64,000 nt of DNA from Phoronis australis (lineage: Eukaryota > Animalia > Phoronida): positions 62,001 through 126,000 of the forward strand of contig NMRA01000277.1 of the NCBI GenBank assembly GCA_002633005.1. Reading direction: 5' to 3'. The position numbers and the translations under genes were made by a program. The notes under the pieces are model-generated. The model was not told the origin of the DNA. It worked only from the letters and a program-made list of their open reading frames with translations, and did not search any database. Of this stretch, positions 12,801-24,305 are shown piece by piece. The first letter of the stretch is position 1. Each line of letters starts with the position of its first letter.

Positions 12801-15800
12801 AATGCTTTGGAATAAATCCATTCATGTACATTCCAATCTAGTGTATCTTGTGATAAAATCAGAGCCCATCAACGGATCACTTGTAAACAAACCAATTTAC
12901 GGCTGCCATGAACTCCTAATGGATACATTTTACACACATCTTATCAGGAACACAAAACGCTATATATCATAGAAGCACTGGCTACTGCTGGTTCGCGTTG
13001 GCGTTGATAATTTTCTCCCATGTCAGTCATTGACCTGTGATAAGTAAGATGGTTAACTAAGTTCCCCGGTCCTGCCATTCACTACCGTTGACTTACTACT
13101 CATCTACTTCAAGCATTCACACGAGATGTACAAAACGCGAAGGCAAAACAAATGCTCTCTACAGTAAACACATTTGAATTCACAAGACGGTCTCATTTTT
13201 TGTTTCCATTTCTAAAGGAAGGTATCGTTTTCGAAAATAGAGTTGCTCGATTCGCCCTAATATAGCTAGTATTTTTAACTTGATGACCTAATCAAGATCC
13301 AGTGGATTTCCCATGTACATGCACGCACCTGTTTGTTTTAAAACTGCTTCCCACATCCCTTTTTTCCAGCCACGTCCTTCATACTACCTGCACCGACGCT
13401 CTCTTCCACTGTTTGGTTGTGGAGTCAGTAAACACGGTCTGTGCATGGCGGCAAAAATATCTTACGTAAGATATTTATGAACATAAATAGGTCTTACTAA
13501 ATACAATATATAAATAGCTGAACAATAGGCGGAGTACCAGCGACTGGAGCATTATTCGCTTCCAGGCATTGCTTCATTAGGTAATCACGACCGCGTAGAA
13601 GCTGTGCAGTGAGGTCACGGTTGGATCGTTTTTGCAAATTATTACAATTTGTTTGACGGTTTACTTTTCTAAAATAACTTGGCTTAACTATTTGTGTTGA
13701 AAGGGTTAGCTTACATCAACAAATTAGCAAGGCACTTGTACATGAGAACGATGGGAGTGCCCTGAGAATGGCCCCGCAGAAATGCAGAGTAGCAGATAGG
13801 CAAAATACTTGAGTTGGTTCTTGTACGGTTACTGAGCGAGCAGGTGCGGACACTAACAAATCATTACTGAGGCGCGCGGTTTATTAATTATTAACTTTGG
13901 ATACATGGTCAAACAGATTGGGAAAAGTTCTACGGCAGGTGGTGGAAGCCGAAAAATGTCGTCTCTCGTATACATGAACTGACGTAACGGAAGATGCAAT
14001 ACAGGTACGTGCGACGCCAATTCATAATTAATTAAATGGCATATACATGTACGCGGTATGAAAACATTCAAATTCCATGAACATGCGTAAGTGTTAGTTT
14101 TCTTTAGCTTTTATGTAAAATGAAAGTTTTAAGAATGCAACTTTACACACTTTGTTTCTGCGCTGTAGCTTTTCCAAGAATTGTTATGACAATCAGACAT
14201 AAACATGTTATCCAAGTACTTATTTACGTGTCATTTAACGAAAGGTCAAGGTCACCTCCTGCTTTTGGTTTTTATTGGCGACGCCTAGTAGTCGATTGGA
14301 CGTGATGCTTGAGGTGACCAACAGGCCTTCCCATAGGGAGACCGGGGCCGCTTCGCCCACAGCCTATATCTCGAATATTAGGCAAGCTCACATGGCCGCT
14401 GCAATTTTGTGATGCCCCATGACAGTTGCCATGATAGTAAAATTAAAAAGCAGCGTTCTGCAAAACGTTCCGCAGATTTTGGGAAACAGAAATCATCTTC
14501 AACTGCGCGAGGAATTTTGGTTACATTTGGCGTATTCTTTTCATTATGTGCGTTAGGTTCAAAACTGAAACTTGATATAAAAATATGACAAAGATTAATA
14601 TTTAACTTCCACCATCTACAAGTTATGCTTCACCAACCGCTCTTTATGTCACGTGTTTTGACAAAGGTCACTCGGCTGGGCGAGTCCCCCTTTGGTTAGG
14701 GCAAAATCACCCCCAGGGGTGTGGGACTCATTTTTAGCTTACCGGGAATCACATTTTGAAAAAATCTGAGCGACTATAACAGGCAAACGTGAAGCCTACT
14801 GTTAAGTTTATCACAGGCACTTAACATTTATGTGCACTTAACAATTGACCGTCCATGAGATGGAACTTCATTTTGTTTCCACGATACTTGAACAACTTCA
14901 TACATATTTTTGTAAATGCTGTGTTTCAGTCGTATGGTGCAAACGTGCGAAAAAACGATATACGGCTCGGGTATGGAGTTTTATTAAAGTCACGTATGCT
15001 CCTAAATACTACCTTCTTTGTGAAATATCCTAGTAACTAGCCATTTTCAATCCGAAAAAGGTACTTTTTCTGAAACTAATAGTTCAGGGCAACTCTATTC
15101 ACGTCATCACAACACCGCGTGATTCTCAGTCGTTGTTGCATTTGTGGCAACAATATTTTTTTAATGAAAGATACATTGATAAAGAAAAAGACGTTAAGCC
15201 AGCATTCGCTAAACTTTCAAAGTTTTAACTTAAAAAAAAAAAACGTGTCTGGCGTTTTCTATCATTTGAGCCTATCTTACAACTGCAAGATTACGTTCAA
15301 CGATAAGCACTTTTAAAAGAGTAATGATACGCTTCATAGATTTTAAGTCAAACAAAAACATGATGAAACTTCTCCGTATTAAAGACTCTGAGAACGGTCT
15401 TGTTACTTAGAAATTGTGCTGTCATTATCCGGATGGACTCTTTCTCAAGTTATCGTGATCCAAAGTTGGAAGTCTTGCTCTAACAGCAATCGTTTGTGAC
15501 ACCACTCAAAGACTGCACTGATTGTTTTGTAATGGATTTTTGTTCCAAATTATATTTGGCCGCCGTGACACATTCGGAATACCCAATTTCTCTCGGAGAT
15601 GAACATCAACTAAGCCCGAGTGCCGAAAATCACACATACAGCCAACCAGTCCTCAATTTGAAAGTCACACAACTTGCCCTACGGCTGAAGTCTGCATGTG
15701 CGCAGATAACTTTCACCTCTAGTCGCCGGCCGGGAGAAATTTAAGACTACGACGTGTTCCGAATGGGATGGCCTTGTGACAGTTACCATGATGTATTCGA

Positions 15801-16019
15801 GTGTCCTCCTTTTGTTCTTCTTCTTGTAAAAGCAATTAGCGTATCTTAACATTAAAACTAGAAGCACATTGTCTAATGTCGATCACGTGATTCAATATGG
15901 GTGGCGTAACTGTAAATCAGCAGGTCATCGATTCAAGTGGTTCCCCAACAATGTCCAGTCGAGAGTTGTGTAACGAAATACCAAATTTGTAAACTTTTGG
16001 GGAATTCGTGATGTGTTTT

Positions 16020-16338
16020 CAGGGGCGGATCCAGGATTTTGAGTTAGGGAGGTGGGGCCAGGGCACAGGAATAACAAGAATTTCGGAACATGCGCGCTCC
16101 CAGCCTAAAATGTAGGGATGCAGGGGTCTCAAATTTTTGGGTTTTCGTGCCTTATTTCTAAAAAATAACGGAAACGGGGTTTGTTCAAGGCCTATGCATT
16201 GTTTATTCGCACCCCCGAGCCGCCCCTGGATGCGCGCATATGTTAGTCAGCAATTCGCATCCGAACTGCCAAATGGTATCTGCTAGAATTTTAGGGGGGC
16301 TATGGCCCCCTTGCCCCCTCCCCCTAAATCCGTCACTG
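16020..16338. mobile_element. Cluster of hAT-like MITE fragments (CAGGGGCGGATCCAGG-type termini)
   Basis: CAGGGGCGGATCCAGG at 16020, degenerate inverted end CCCCTGGATGCGCGCA at about 16223-16240, and a second end CCCCTAAATCCGTCACTG at about 16321-16338. Confidence 0.55.
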
Positions 16339-16559
16339 ATTTTCCAATACAGGCCATCCCGCGTTGTGTTGGGTTAAACTTGTAGGCTTTCATGACGACC
16401 GGGGTGCTCGGCCTCAACTGGAACGTGGAGTTGACTGCTGCATACTGTCACCTTACATTGAGTCAGCTTCATCTTGCATTATGTCTAAAATCCTACACAT
16501 TATGACTTTTGCCCGGCATAGCAATGAATAAAAATGCTAATTACTTTAAACGACAGCTG

Positions 16560-16930
16560 AATACAGTCGGCGGAGTGGGTACTGAGTTAATAATCAATAG
16601 TGGTATACATCGTGGGAAAATTTTGGCGCGAGATTTGATTTGATTGACAAGTTACGCGTAAACAAACCGGGCGTATGTATAACATTTTTGTGTTCTTTAA
16701 GCCTGACTGAAAACTCTCGTCCGGTCTCCCAGGTGTATACAGACACCCAGTTGAGGCAAGGAATGCGATAAATGCACTGGCATTTCTTATCCTCACTTAT
16801 TCTGTCTTTAGGATGAACCAATGTTCCCGATGGTCTCACACGGCTTCATGGCAGTGACTATGCCATATTGTCTGAAGACACGTTGAGCAAGTTCCGAAAG
16901 ACCTTTTTCATGCGGAATGACGACACAAAG
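16560..16930 (-). mobile_element. Penelope-like element fragment (RT-EN linker plus GIY-YIG N-terminal part)
   Basis: VVIPHEKGLSELAQRVFRQYGIVTAMKP, then a frameshift to LVHPKDRISEDKKCQCIYRIPC...VYTWETGREFSVRLKEHK. Confidence 0.85.
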
Positions 16931-17320
16931 AGGAGGTGGATGAGCTACTTCAGCGCAGAGTCACGCGTTCAGAGAGAAGATGGTCTCAGAATACTATCAA
17001 CAAATCTGCAGTGACTGATCATGCCCTTGGCTTTAATCATGTTATTAAATGAAAAGACGCCCGTCTTGTTGAGTCGGAAAATAACTCAAGATCCAGAAGG
17101 ATAAGAGAGCCTGCTTGGGTCAGAAGAAGTTGCTCAGTTATGAACAGGGACCGGATGGGGGATATAAGTTATCTCATTATCACGCCACCTAGTGTTCAAT
17201 AGATATAGCTTCCAAAGATGGCTGCTGTGAGTAGCCGAAACTGTCAATGTACAACGTTTTGCTTGGTTGTGTAAATAAGAATTTATCTATGTGTACTCAA
17301 CCAACCTTAAGAAATTATTT
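16924..17320 (+). mobile_element. Penelope-like element 3' fragment (GIY-YIG C-terminus plus pLTR)
   Basis: HKEEVDELLQRRVTRSER..NKSAVTDHALGFNHVIK*KDARLVESE..RRIREPAWVRR..MNRD, followed by a hammerhead-like motif and an AT-rich tail. Confidence 0.85.
17205..17250 (+). ncRNA. Decayed Penelope-type hammerhead ribozyme motif
   Basis: CCAAAGA (cf. CUGAAGA)-TGGCTGC..GTAGCC (stem II)-GAAA-CTGTC, directly downstream of the GIY-YIG coding end. Confidence 0.55.
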
Positions 17321-17422
17321 AGTGATAAACGATTCTTCGGTAAATAGATGCACTGAGTGGTGTTTCTATACTCAAAAGAACGCCCTGATTTGATGTGCAT
17401 GCGAAATTGCATGCATGTACGG

Positions 17423-17850
17423 AAAATGAGTTTGCATTTTTAAAAGTATTTGAATTAGGAATATTGATGAATTATCAACCACGACACATTCATGAAATCC
17501 ATGTCAAGGTCGCCTCATTTCACAGCGTGACTGAAAAGTTTAGGTCCGCTGCGCCTTAACCTAACCCACCGAGGAAGCACGCGTACGGCCGGGTCGAAAC
17601 TAATTGTAGTTAGTATGCTAACCTGTCCCTGACAATCCTCACGAAGTCGAAGAGTCTCATTCTGTCTTTTGTCTACCTGAAACGCTTTAAATCAGAAGTA
17701 AATTTAAATTATTACTCAGTTACATGTATCCTTGTAGTTAGGAGTACCAGTAGCTGCAACAATTTTGTTATTGTTACTCATCTGTTTCCTATCTTTAACT
17801 GATAGGCTGGGGCTGGACCTTTTCTGCGAACCCCCCTGGCAACGGGCTTG
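17423..17850. repeat. Dispersed repeat, blocks A+B copy 2
   Basis: Matches 7160-7405 and 8396-8534 in the same order and orientation, but lacks most of the ~1 kb spacer. Confidence 0.85.
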
Positions 17851-17907
17851 GGGTTACACAAAGTCTTAATGATATCATCGACGAAAATGCCTTGTATTTG
17901 AGAACAG

Positions 17908-17977
17908 TCTGACCCAAGACCGATTCCAATCCACGAACTGAGGGTCGCAGTCCGACGCTTTACTAATTTAGCTAAAA
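17908..17977 (-). mobile_element. tRNA-like SINE head fragment
   Basis: On -: TAGCTAAATTAGTAAAGCGTCGGACTGCGACC...GGATTGGAATC, resembling the 9770/40350 heads. No cloverleaf. Confidence 0.4.
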
Positions 17978-19248
17978 ACAGATGTGAGAAGTCGTTGAGT
18001 ATTGTAGGCGTATTTAACTAATAAGATCTCCGGCCTCGATTTTCAGTTAAATCGTTAAATGGATGGAAGTCAACGATTCTGTTAGTTTATAGCTTTGGTG
18101 AAAGTTAATAACTTTTAGGAGTCTATCCTACCCTACCCACCAACTTTCAAAGTAAAGTGGACTTTACAACTGCGCAACTGTAAGCAGTATGTATACACTT
18201 TCAGTCGCAATAATTTCAAGTGTTTAATGAATATTTTAATTTTCAAAAACATATAATATTAAATATAACTTGTAAGTAAGCTTAGTTCCGTTAACTAAAA
18301 GATCAATGGTCAGTAGAGTTGCACTTTTTCAGGTTTAACCCTTTCAAAGAGGGGGCGAACTCACCCCGTGAAACCAGTTCATTTGTTTGAAACTGAAATT
18401 ATTACATCTGAGCACATGTTCATACTATTGTCGAATGCTTGGAATATTTAAGCTACTATAGTAAATTTGAACCTTCCACTGTACGATAATATTTATGAAA
18501 AGGGAGCAAATTTCACCCAGTTCCGTCTTAATTAACCAAGAAAGCAAAAACGTACCAACTTTAATAAACAAGACGTTGATCGCGGAGAAAGGGATTGGGT
18601 TAATCGATAATCTTTTTGAAGGCGAATGTCATCAATCTAATAGATGCCTTAAGCCGCTATTAAAATGATAGTTCATTGTTCCACGCAAGAGGATTACTCA
18701 CTTTCTCGATGAATTCTGTCGATTGAGGCAAGAACGCTGTCTAATGGTATTAAAACAACTTCTGATGAAAAACAGTTAATGCACACTACGATAAAATACA
18801 ATGCCACTCAAAATGGAAAAACAATCAAAGTTAAAGACTTTCTCCACATCTCTATTTCTTTTGTAATTGCCTATCAAATTGTATGTCCATCCATCTATCC
18901 ATGTATCTACCTATTCACCTATCTATCCACTAATCTTTCTGCCCAAATATCTTTATAGCTGTCTATACCTCTATCTAAAACAGCATGAAAGTTTTGAGGC
19001 ATCCAGCTGAGGTAGCAAAATACAGAAAAATTGAATCAATTACTGGAATTTGCTTACTTAAGTTAGCGACTTTGCGTCCACTTGGCTAGTGATGTTATTA
19101 TTGTTCTGGCTAACAGGTGGCGTATTACCATCGAGGTCAGGACACAATCCCGTAAGTGTGACAGATGGAACCTGAATCCACCTCGTTTATTCAGAGTGCC
19201 TCTCGATGCGTTATGCATTTAAAAACGTCTTCCTGTCTATACACTCAT

Positions 19249-19275
19249 CTACCTACCTACCNCTACCTACCTACC
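19249..19275. repeat. (CTAC)n microsatellite containing an N join at 19262
   Basis: Direct observation. Confidence 0.85.
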
Positions 19276-20269
19276 TGTCCATCTCTCCGTCTTTATCAGT
19301 ACCTATCTATTTATGTTAATGTATACCTAATTGCGTAGTGGGCTTGGAATTGATTAAACCCGCATACATGAAGGGTTTACAATAAGGTTACAAAGACGGG
19401 GCAAAACTTTTAAAACCATTCTCAGCATATTCTAAAACTATTGGTCCGGCAACTTTTTTCCCGCAAAAGACACAGGGCACTCAGTTGTTTGCGGAACTCT
19501 GAAATTTAGTTAATGAGTGTTTTGAAAACAAAAGGGACAATTATTTACAGAGCGCAGCCTTACTTGTTTAATTAACTGTGTTGCCACAGGCAACACTTTA
19601 CTACTCACAACTCTGCTACTAATTTACTAAATTGGACTCTTATTCTACGCTCAGCTTTACAAAATCGATTGCAAGGCAGCTTATTGCGATTTTTAATGTT
19701 TTGTAGAATTATACATTTTTTCAACTACATGGAGCATTTAATTCATCCACTGCAGTTTGCAAAGTTCAGAACATGATTTAGAATTGTAAAAGCGTTTGGC
19801 TTGAGAATGATTACGACGAAGACAAACCATATTACGATCAACTTAATGTAACCGCTATGAAAAAAACACCCTCATGACAAAATCAAGTGACAACGACACC
19901 ATACGGGGCAGTAGACCTTTTTCTGTTTTTAAACTTTTTAAACGTAAGTTTAAGTTTTAACGAATGCAATAGATGTTTTTCGGCGCTATAAACGTACATT
20001 TACATTACAAGACAATATTTATTCATATTTTGATCTAAATATCGAAATACTGCGTTTTTGTATTGCGGTTGGTCATTCATGAACTTGAATGTCACAAGTC
20101 TATGGCGTTACTGCAAGAGAGGTGTTTTTAAACGACATAAATACGAGCTGAAAACCTGTAACGCGACCGATCGCGTAGTAAGTCATTATACTACGAAGCG
20201 ATCGGTCGGGGCAAAAAAGAACGGCGGCACTCGATAGCATTTTTGAGCCACAGTTGAATAATATATCCT

Positions 20270-20483
20270 CTATTTTATTAAACATAGCCGACTGCATTTG
20301 CAGTAATCATCAAGTAGGGGAAAATACTCTGGATGGGGCTGTGCGCTAGGTTTATGAAGTCCTTTGCCCAGTATACTTTTCATATTTCCAGGTTTTGTGC
20401 GCACCCAGTGGATCAAACTGTTGGAGCTGCTAAGACCTAGTTTTTCTAGCCCAAGATCAGCAAAAACTGTCGTGTGCCACCAA
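20270..20483. mobile_element. Non-autonomous DNA-transposon-like repeat, copy 1 of 3
   Basis: Similar to 36840-37075 and 50545-50830. Shared end CAGCAAAA..GT.G.GTG.CACC, followed by TTA in two copies (Kolobok-like). Confidence 0.65.
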
Positions 20484-21279
20484 ATATCCAACGCACGAAT
20501 TAATAACACTATCCCGGCATCCGGAACCAGCTTATTTGCAACCTTATTGCTTTTGGTGTATAACAGAACAAACCAGTGAATTTCAGCTGACTAAAGTCAG
20601 TTTTGAACAACAACGATTTGTCAGTGTTTGACAAGCTCAATTAAGTATGATGTTATCAGTTTTATATCGATAAGTGCTCTAATTCAAATTCCAAGTTGTT
20701 ATGGCAAACCAGCATAGTTGCCAAAATAACTTTTGATTCCCACTTATTATAGTTGTAAAATTGGTCTCAAAACGTTTCTCAACCAGTTAATAACGTAGAA
20801 AATAAACTTGAAACTAAGTAAGGCTATCTAGATCCTCTCAAGGATACTATTATTTCACGAAATGTTGAATATATATAGGATATAATTTAAGAAGTTTTTC
20901 CTTGATTTTTTCCGCAACAATGTATAATATTCATTTCGCCACATCTTAATGTCAATTGTCATATAGCGTTTGATTTTACTATATTTCTGTTTCTGTTGAC
21001 AAAAGATGTAATTAAATCCGAAATTTTCAGTTGATCCGTTCTTGTTGTTTTATTTACCTACATATATTAACCAGTTAAGAATTTGTTCCTGGCTTGGGAA
21101 TAACCAGGTTCGTGTTAACACTGTAGCACTTAAAATACATGTACGTGGCTTGAGCTCCGCGAATTCAAAGTCTCGCATATCACTTAATGGTGTTTCTCAG
21201 TGGCACCGAAAATGGCTGAAGGTTTGTACGTGAGGATTTGACAAGAGACTGATTAAAAAACTTAGAAATATGATTTAGG

Positions 21280-22260
21280 ACGCTACACGCCGATTCCGAG
21301 TGTTTTCGCTGATTTTTTTACGAACTGACGGCATCCATAACCACTCAAATAAACCAGTTGACGATCATGATACCAACAATCCAAGTGCCATCAATTGACG
21401 GAGGATGTCATGTTTGATAACTGAGTCCACCTTGTTTACTAGGTTAACCAGATTCCGTAAAGTCTCATAACTTGTAATAAAGAAGTCCTTCATAATCATA
21501 CTAGTGACAAATTTTACATATTTACTCGAGTTCCACCAGTCTCTAAATACTGATCACATCATAGTGAGATCCTGGCATTACTTATAAATCTCTATGTGTT
21601 TATATACGTCTTGCTTCGAAGGTCAATTATAGGCAGTACCATTTTTATTTAACGTAAGATATTCCTTATTAATGTGCTTGTATTATATGAAGTCTAACGA
21701 CGCAAGCAACTTTAATTTCCCGTCATTTCCCCGTACAAGCACCAATTGCCTCATGATGAACGGCGACCAATATAATTCATCTGACTTAGATATGTACATA
21801 CCTTTCAGAATCAATTGAATCTGTTCTTAAATCATTTAGAGTTGCCTCACTCATACATCGTAACGAGCCAACTGCCCGAATATCTCCCGCTCCGGTTGCT
21901 TCTAGGTGGGCGTCAATGAAGATAAATAGCATTTCCTTGCTACATGTAGACTACTATAAGTTCTGCAATATGGTTGCGAGTTTCTGTTTCCGGCTACACC
22001 GGAGTTTAATTATAGACAGCAGATCTAGCTACTGCATGGTATCATTTAGTCTTTGCTGCTTTGTTATGCTTACGTACTTGCATCACGTTATGTCCATTGC
22101 CCAAACAACAACGTGGTTTTAAACCATGTTGGGTGTTAAAAACATCACGAACCTCCTTCACAGCCACACGTGTTCTTTCAAAGGAATCGTCATCACTTTC
22201 TTATACCATGTCTTTGCCTTGAATGATAATACACGTATATATTTAGTCTCTACAATATCG
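21280..22260 (-). mobile_element. Decayed LINE relic: ORF1-like region into the APE endonuclease N-terminus
   Basis: CIIIQG..ESDDD..AVKEV, IIKLR..KLATILQN, LKGMYIS (ORF1-like), then KHDIL..GTW and LSGY...KSAKTLGIGV (cf. DII..ETW..GY..GGGV). Confidence 0.4.
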
Positions 22261-22559
22261 TCTCTGAAGTAATAAATTGCCAAACGTAATGAACGGTTTG
22301 GCTTATTACCTCACTTTCGTCTACGTCCCCGCGGAAATAATCAGATAAGAACAACATTCGTGCAAGTTGTTGTTTTATTGAATGTACTCCGGTACTCGCG
22401 GTAACGAAATAAGGCGTGAGAATTTTATTTAGAGTACTATTTGACGTACCTGCGTTTGAGTGTTTAAATCGTGTTTTCTCTAGTACCTAAAGCATTAATA
22501 GGACTATCTGCATACCACGATGCATCCACACTAACAAAAACCTGTCCGAGTAGGACTTA

Positions 22560-23350
22560 AATTGGAACTATGTTTACAATTACAAATCGCTTGGAATTCC
22601 TCCTGCTTCGGCAAGTGAAACTTAGCCGCCGTGACAGGCGATGACAAACTTTCAGTTTTTCCCAAGTGTAGAAATCATTCCTAATCTGAGTGTGTAACAT
22701 GTTGAGACAAATTTTATAACAATAAATGGTCTTAAAATTATTCGAGAGAAAACGTGGTTTATTGCCCTGAATCATGACTTGCAGCAAGAGTTTCATATGA
22801 AGACACATTTCCCTCCTACTTATGGTCAAAATACAGGGATCATGGCATAAAGATATCTCATCATGATAGCAATTTCTTTCTGCCATGGAAAGAATATGGG
22901 AGATCACTTACATTGGGTAACTTTCAAGTACATGTACCAACGTCAATTGGCGAATAGATATCAGTAGCCCTTGGGGGTCAACGAGGAGTTTCACTTTTGT
23001 TTAAAAAAGCATCACACACTGTGAAACGACTTTTTCAGGAAGTCCAACAGGTTCTATGTCCGCCACCCGCAGCGAAGAAGTCACCGGTCCCACATTGTCA
23101 ACTCGCATTAAGAAGCAGCGAAAAATATGGGAGAGTTAACCAATGATTAGAAAATAAGCGCTTTACTTAACCATACTTCGGGTGATCCGTGCAGGAATGG
23201 AAACCATCCAAGTTTTCCATGGTGGAATGAAGATTGGAGTTTCACATAGGTGAAGAGGGTAACAATGAAGTAGCCTTACATATGTGTAGGAAAAAAGAAA
23301 TGCCATATAATATAGTGCCGGATTGAAAAGAATGACGCTGTATATGTTCA
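22560..23350 (+). mobile_element. Decayed LINE relic: APE endonuclease C-terminal half plus linker
   Basis: In order: VTGD (cf. GDFN), NGLKII..FIALN, PTYGQNTG, GDHLHW (cf. SDH.P), FPWWNED. Confidence 0.4.
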
Positions 23351-23518
23351 TGTTATGCACGTATTTAGGTACATGAGCCAATGCCTAAAAACAATGAGTT
23401 TTCCCGCAAACTATCCCAATGTTTTTCACACACAGATCCATGCGCCCCTTATTATTATTTTATTATTATTTTTTTTTATTATTGTGATATTTAAAATGAG
23501 GGTGGCCTCTTCAGTGAT

Positions 23519-24305
23519 CATAGGCGGATTTAGGGGGGAGGGCCAGGCCCCCCCCCCCTTGGCTGCAGCAAAAAAATAAAACAGTCAGAGCGTAGGGAAA
23601 TGTTGAGTTTATTAATTAACCCCGGTAATTAAAATTATACAGATGAAAAAAGATTTAAATGTGTGCAGTTTTAGTGTTGGGGGGGCGGCTCAAATCCAAT
23701 TTCAAGTGTCAAATTCGGAACACGGCGCATTCGTAACGGAACTATGGCTAAGTATAGGCTCTCCCGCGATATCCCAGGCGACCGGCAGTGGCGCTGCGCA
23801 CTACGACTCCGTTTTCGTCGTCTGCTCCACTGTGCAATGAAGAAAATTTACTTCATTTTTTAAAGAAAATGGAACCTGAGTGACGATGAAAAAACAGAAG
23901 CTGCTGGTAAGATGTGAATTTTAATCGAAGCCTTAGTGAATCACTCAGAAACTCGNNNNNNNNNNNNNNNNNNNNNNNNNNNNNNNNNNNNNNNNNNNNN
24001 NNNNNNNNNNNNNNNNNNNNNNNNNNNNNNNNNNNNNNNNNNNNNNNNNNNNNNNNNNNNNNNNNNNNNNNNNNNNNNNNNNNNNNNNNNNNNNNNNNNN
24101 NNNNNNNNNNNNNNNNNNNNNNNNNNNNNNNNNNNNNNNNNNNNNNNNNNNNNNNNNNNNNNNNNNNNNNNNNNNNNNNNNNNNNNNNNNNNNNNNNNNN
24201 NNNNNNNNNNNNNNNNNNNNNNNNNNNNNNNNNNNNNTTGCGCAAATTCTTACAGCCGGACAAAAAGTTGGGCCCCCCCCTTGTGATATCCTAGATCCGC
24301 CACTG
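23519..24305 (+). mobile_element. hAT-like non-autonomous element with imperfect TIRs and 5-bp TSD
   Basis: Left end CATAGGCGGATTTAGG; right end reverse complement CAGTGGCGGATCTAGG; GTGAT on both flanks (23514-23518 and 24306-24310). Spans the N gap. Confidence 0.7.
23956..24237. other. Assembly gap (282 N)
   Basis: Run of N. Confidence 1.

Noticed and set aside
14333-18532. pogo-like TIR pair (TAGGGAGACCGGGGC at about 14334; TTTCACCCAGTTCCGTCTTA at about 18511)
   Set aside because: The similarity is too weak to pair the ends, and there is no transposase between them.
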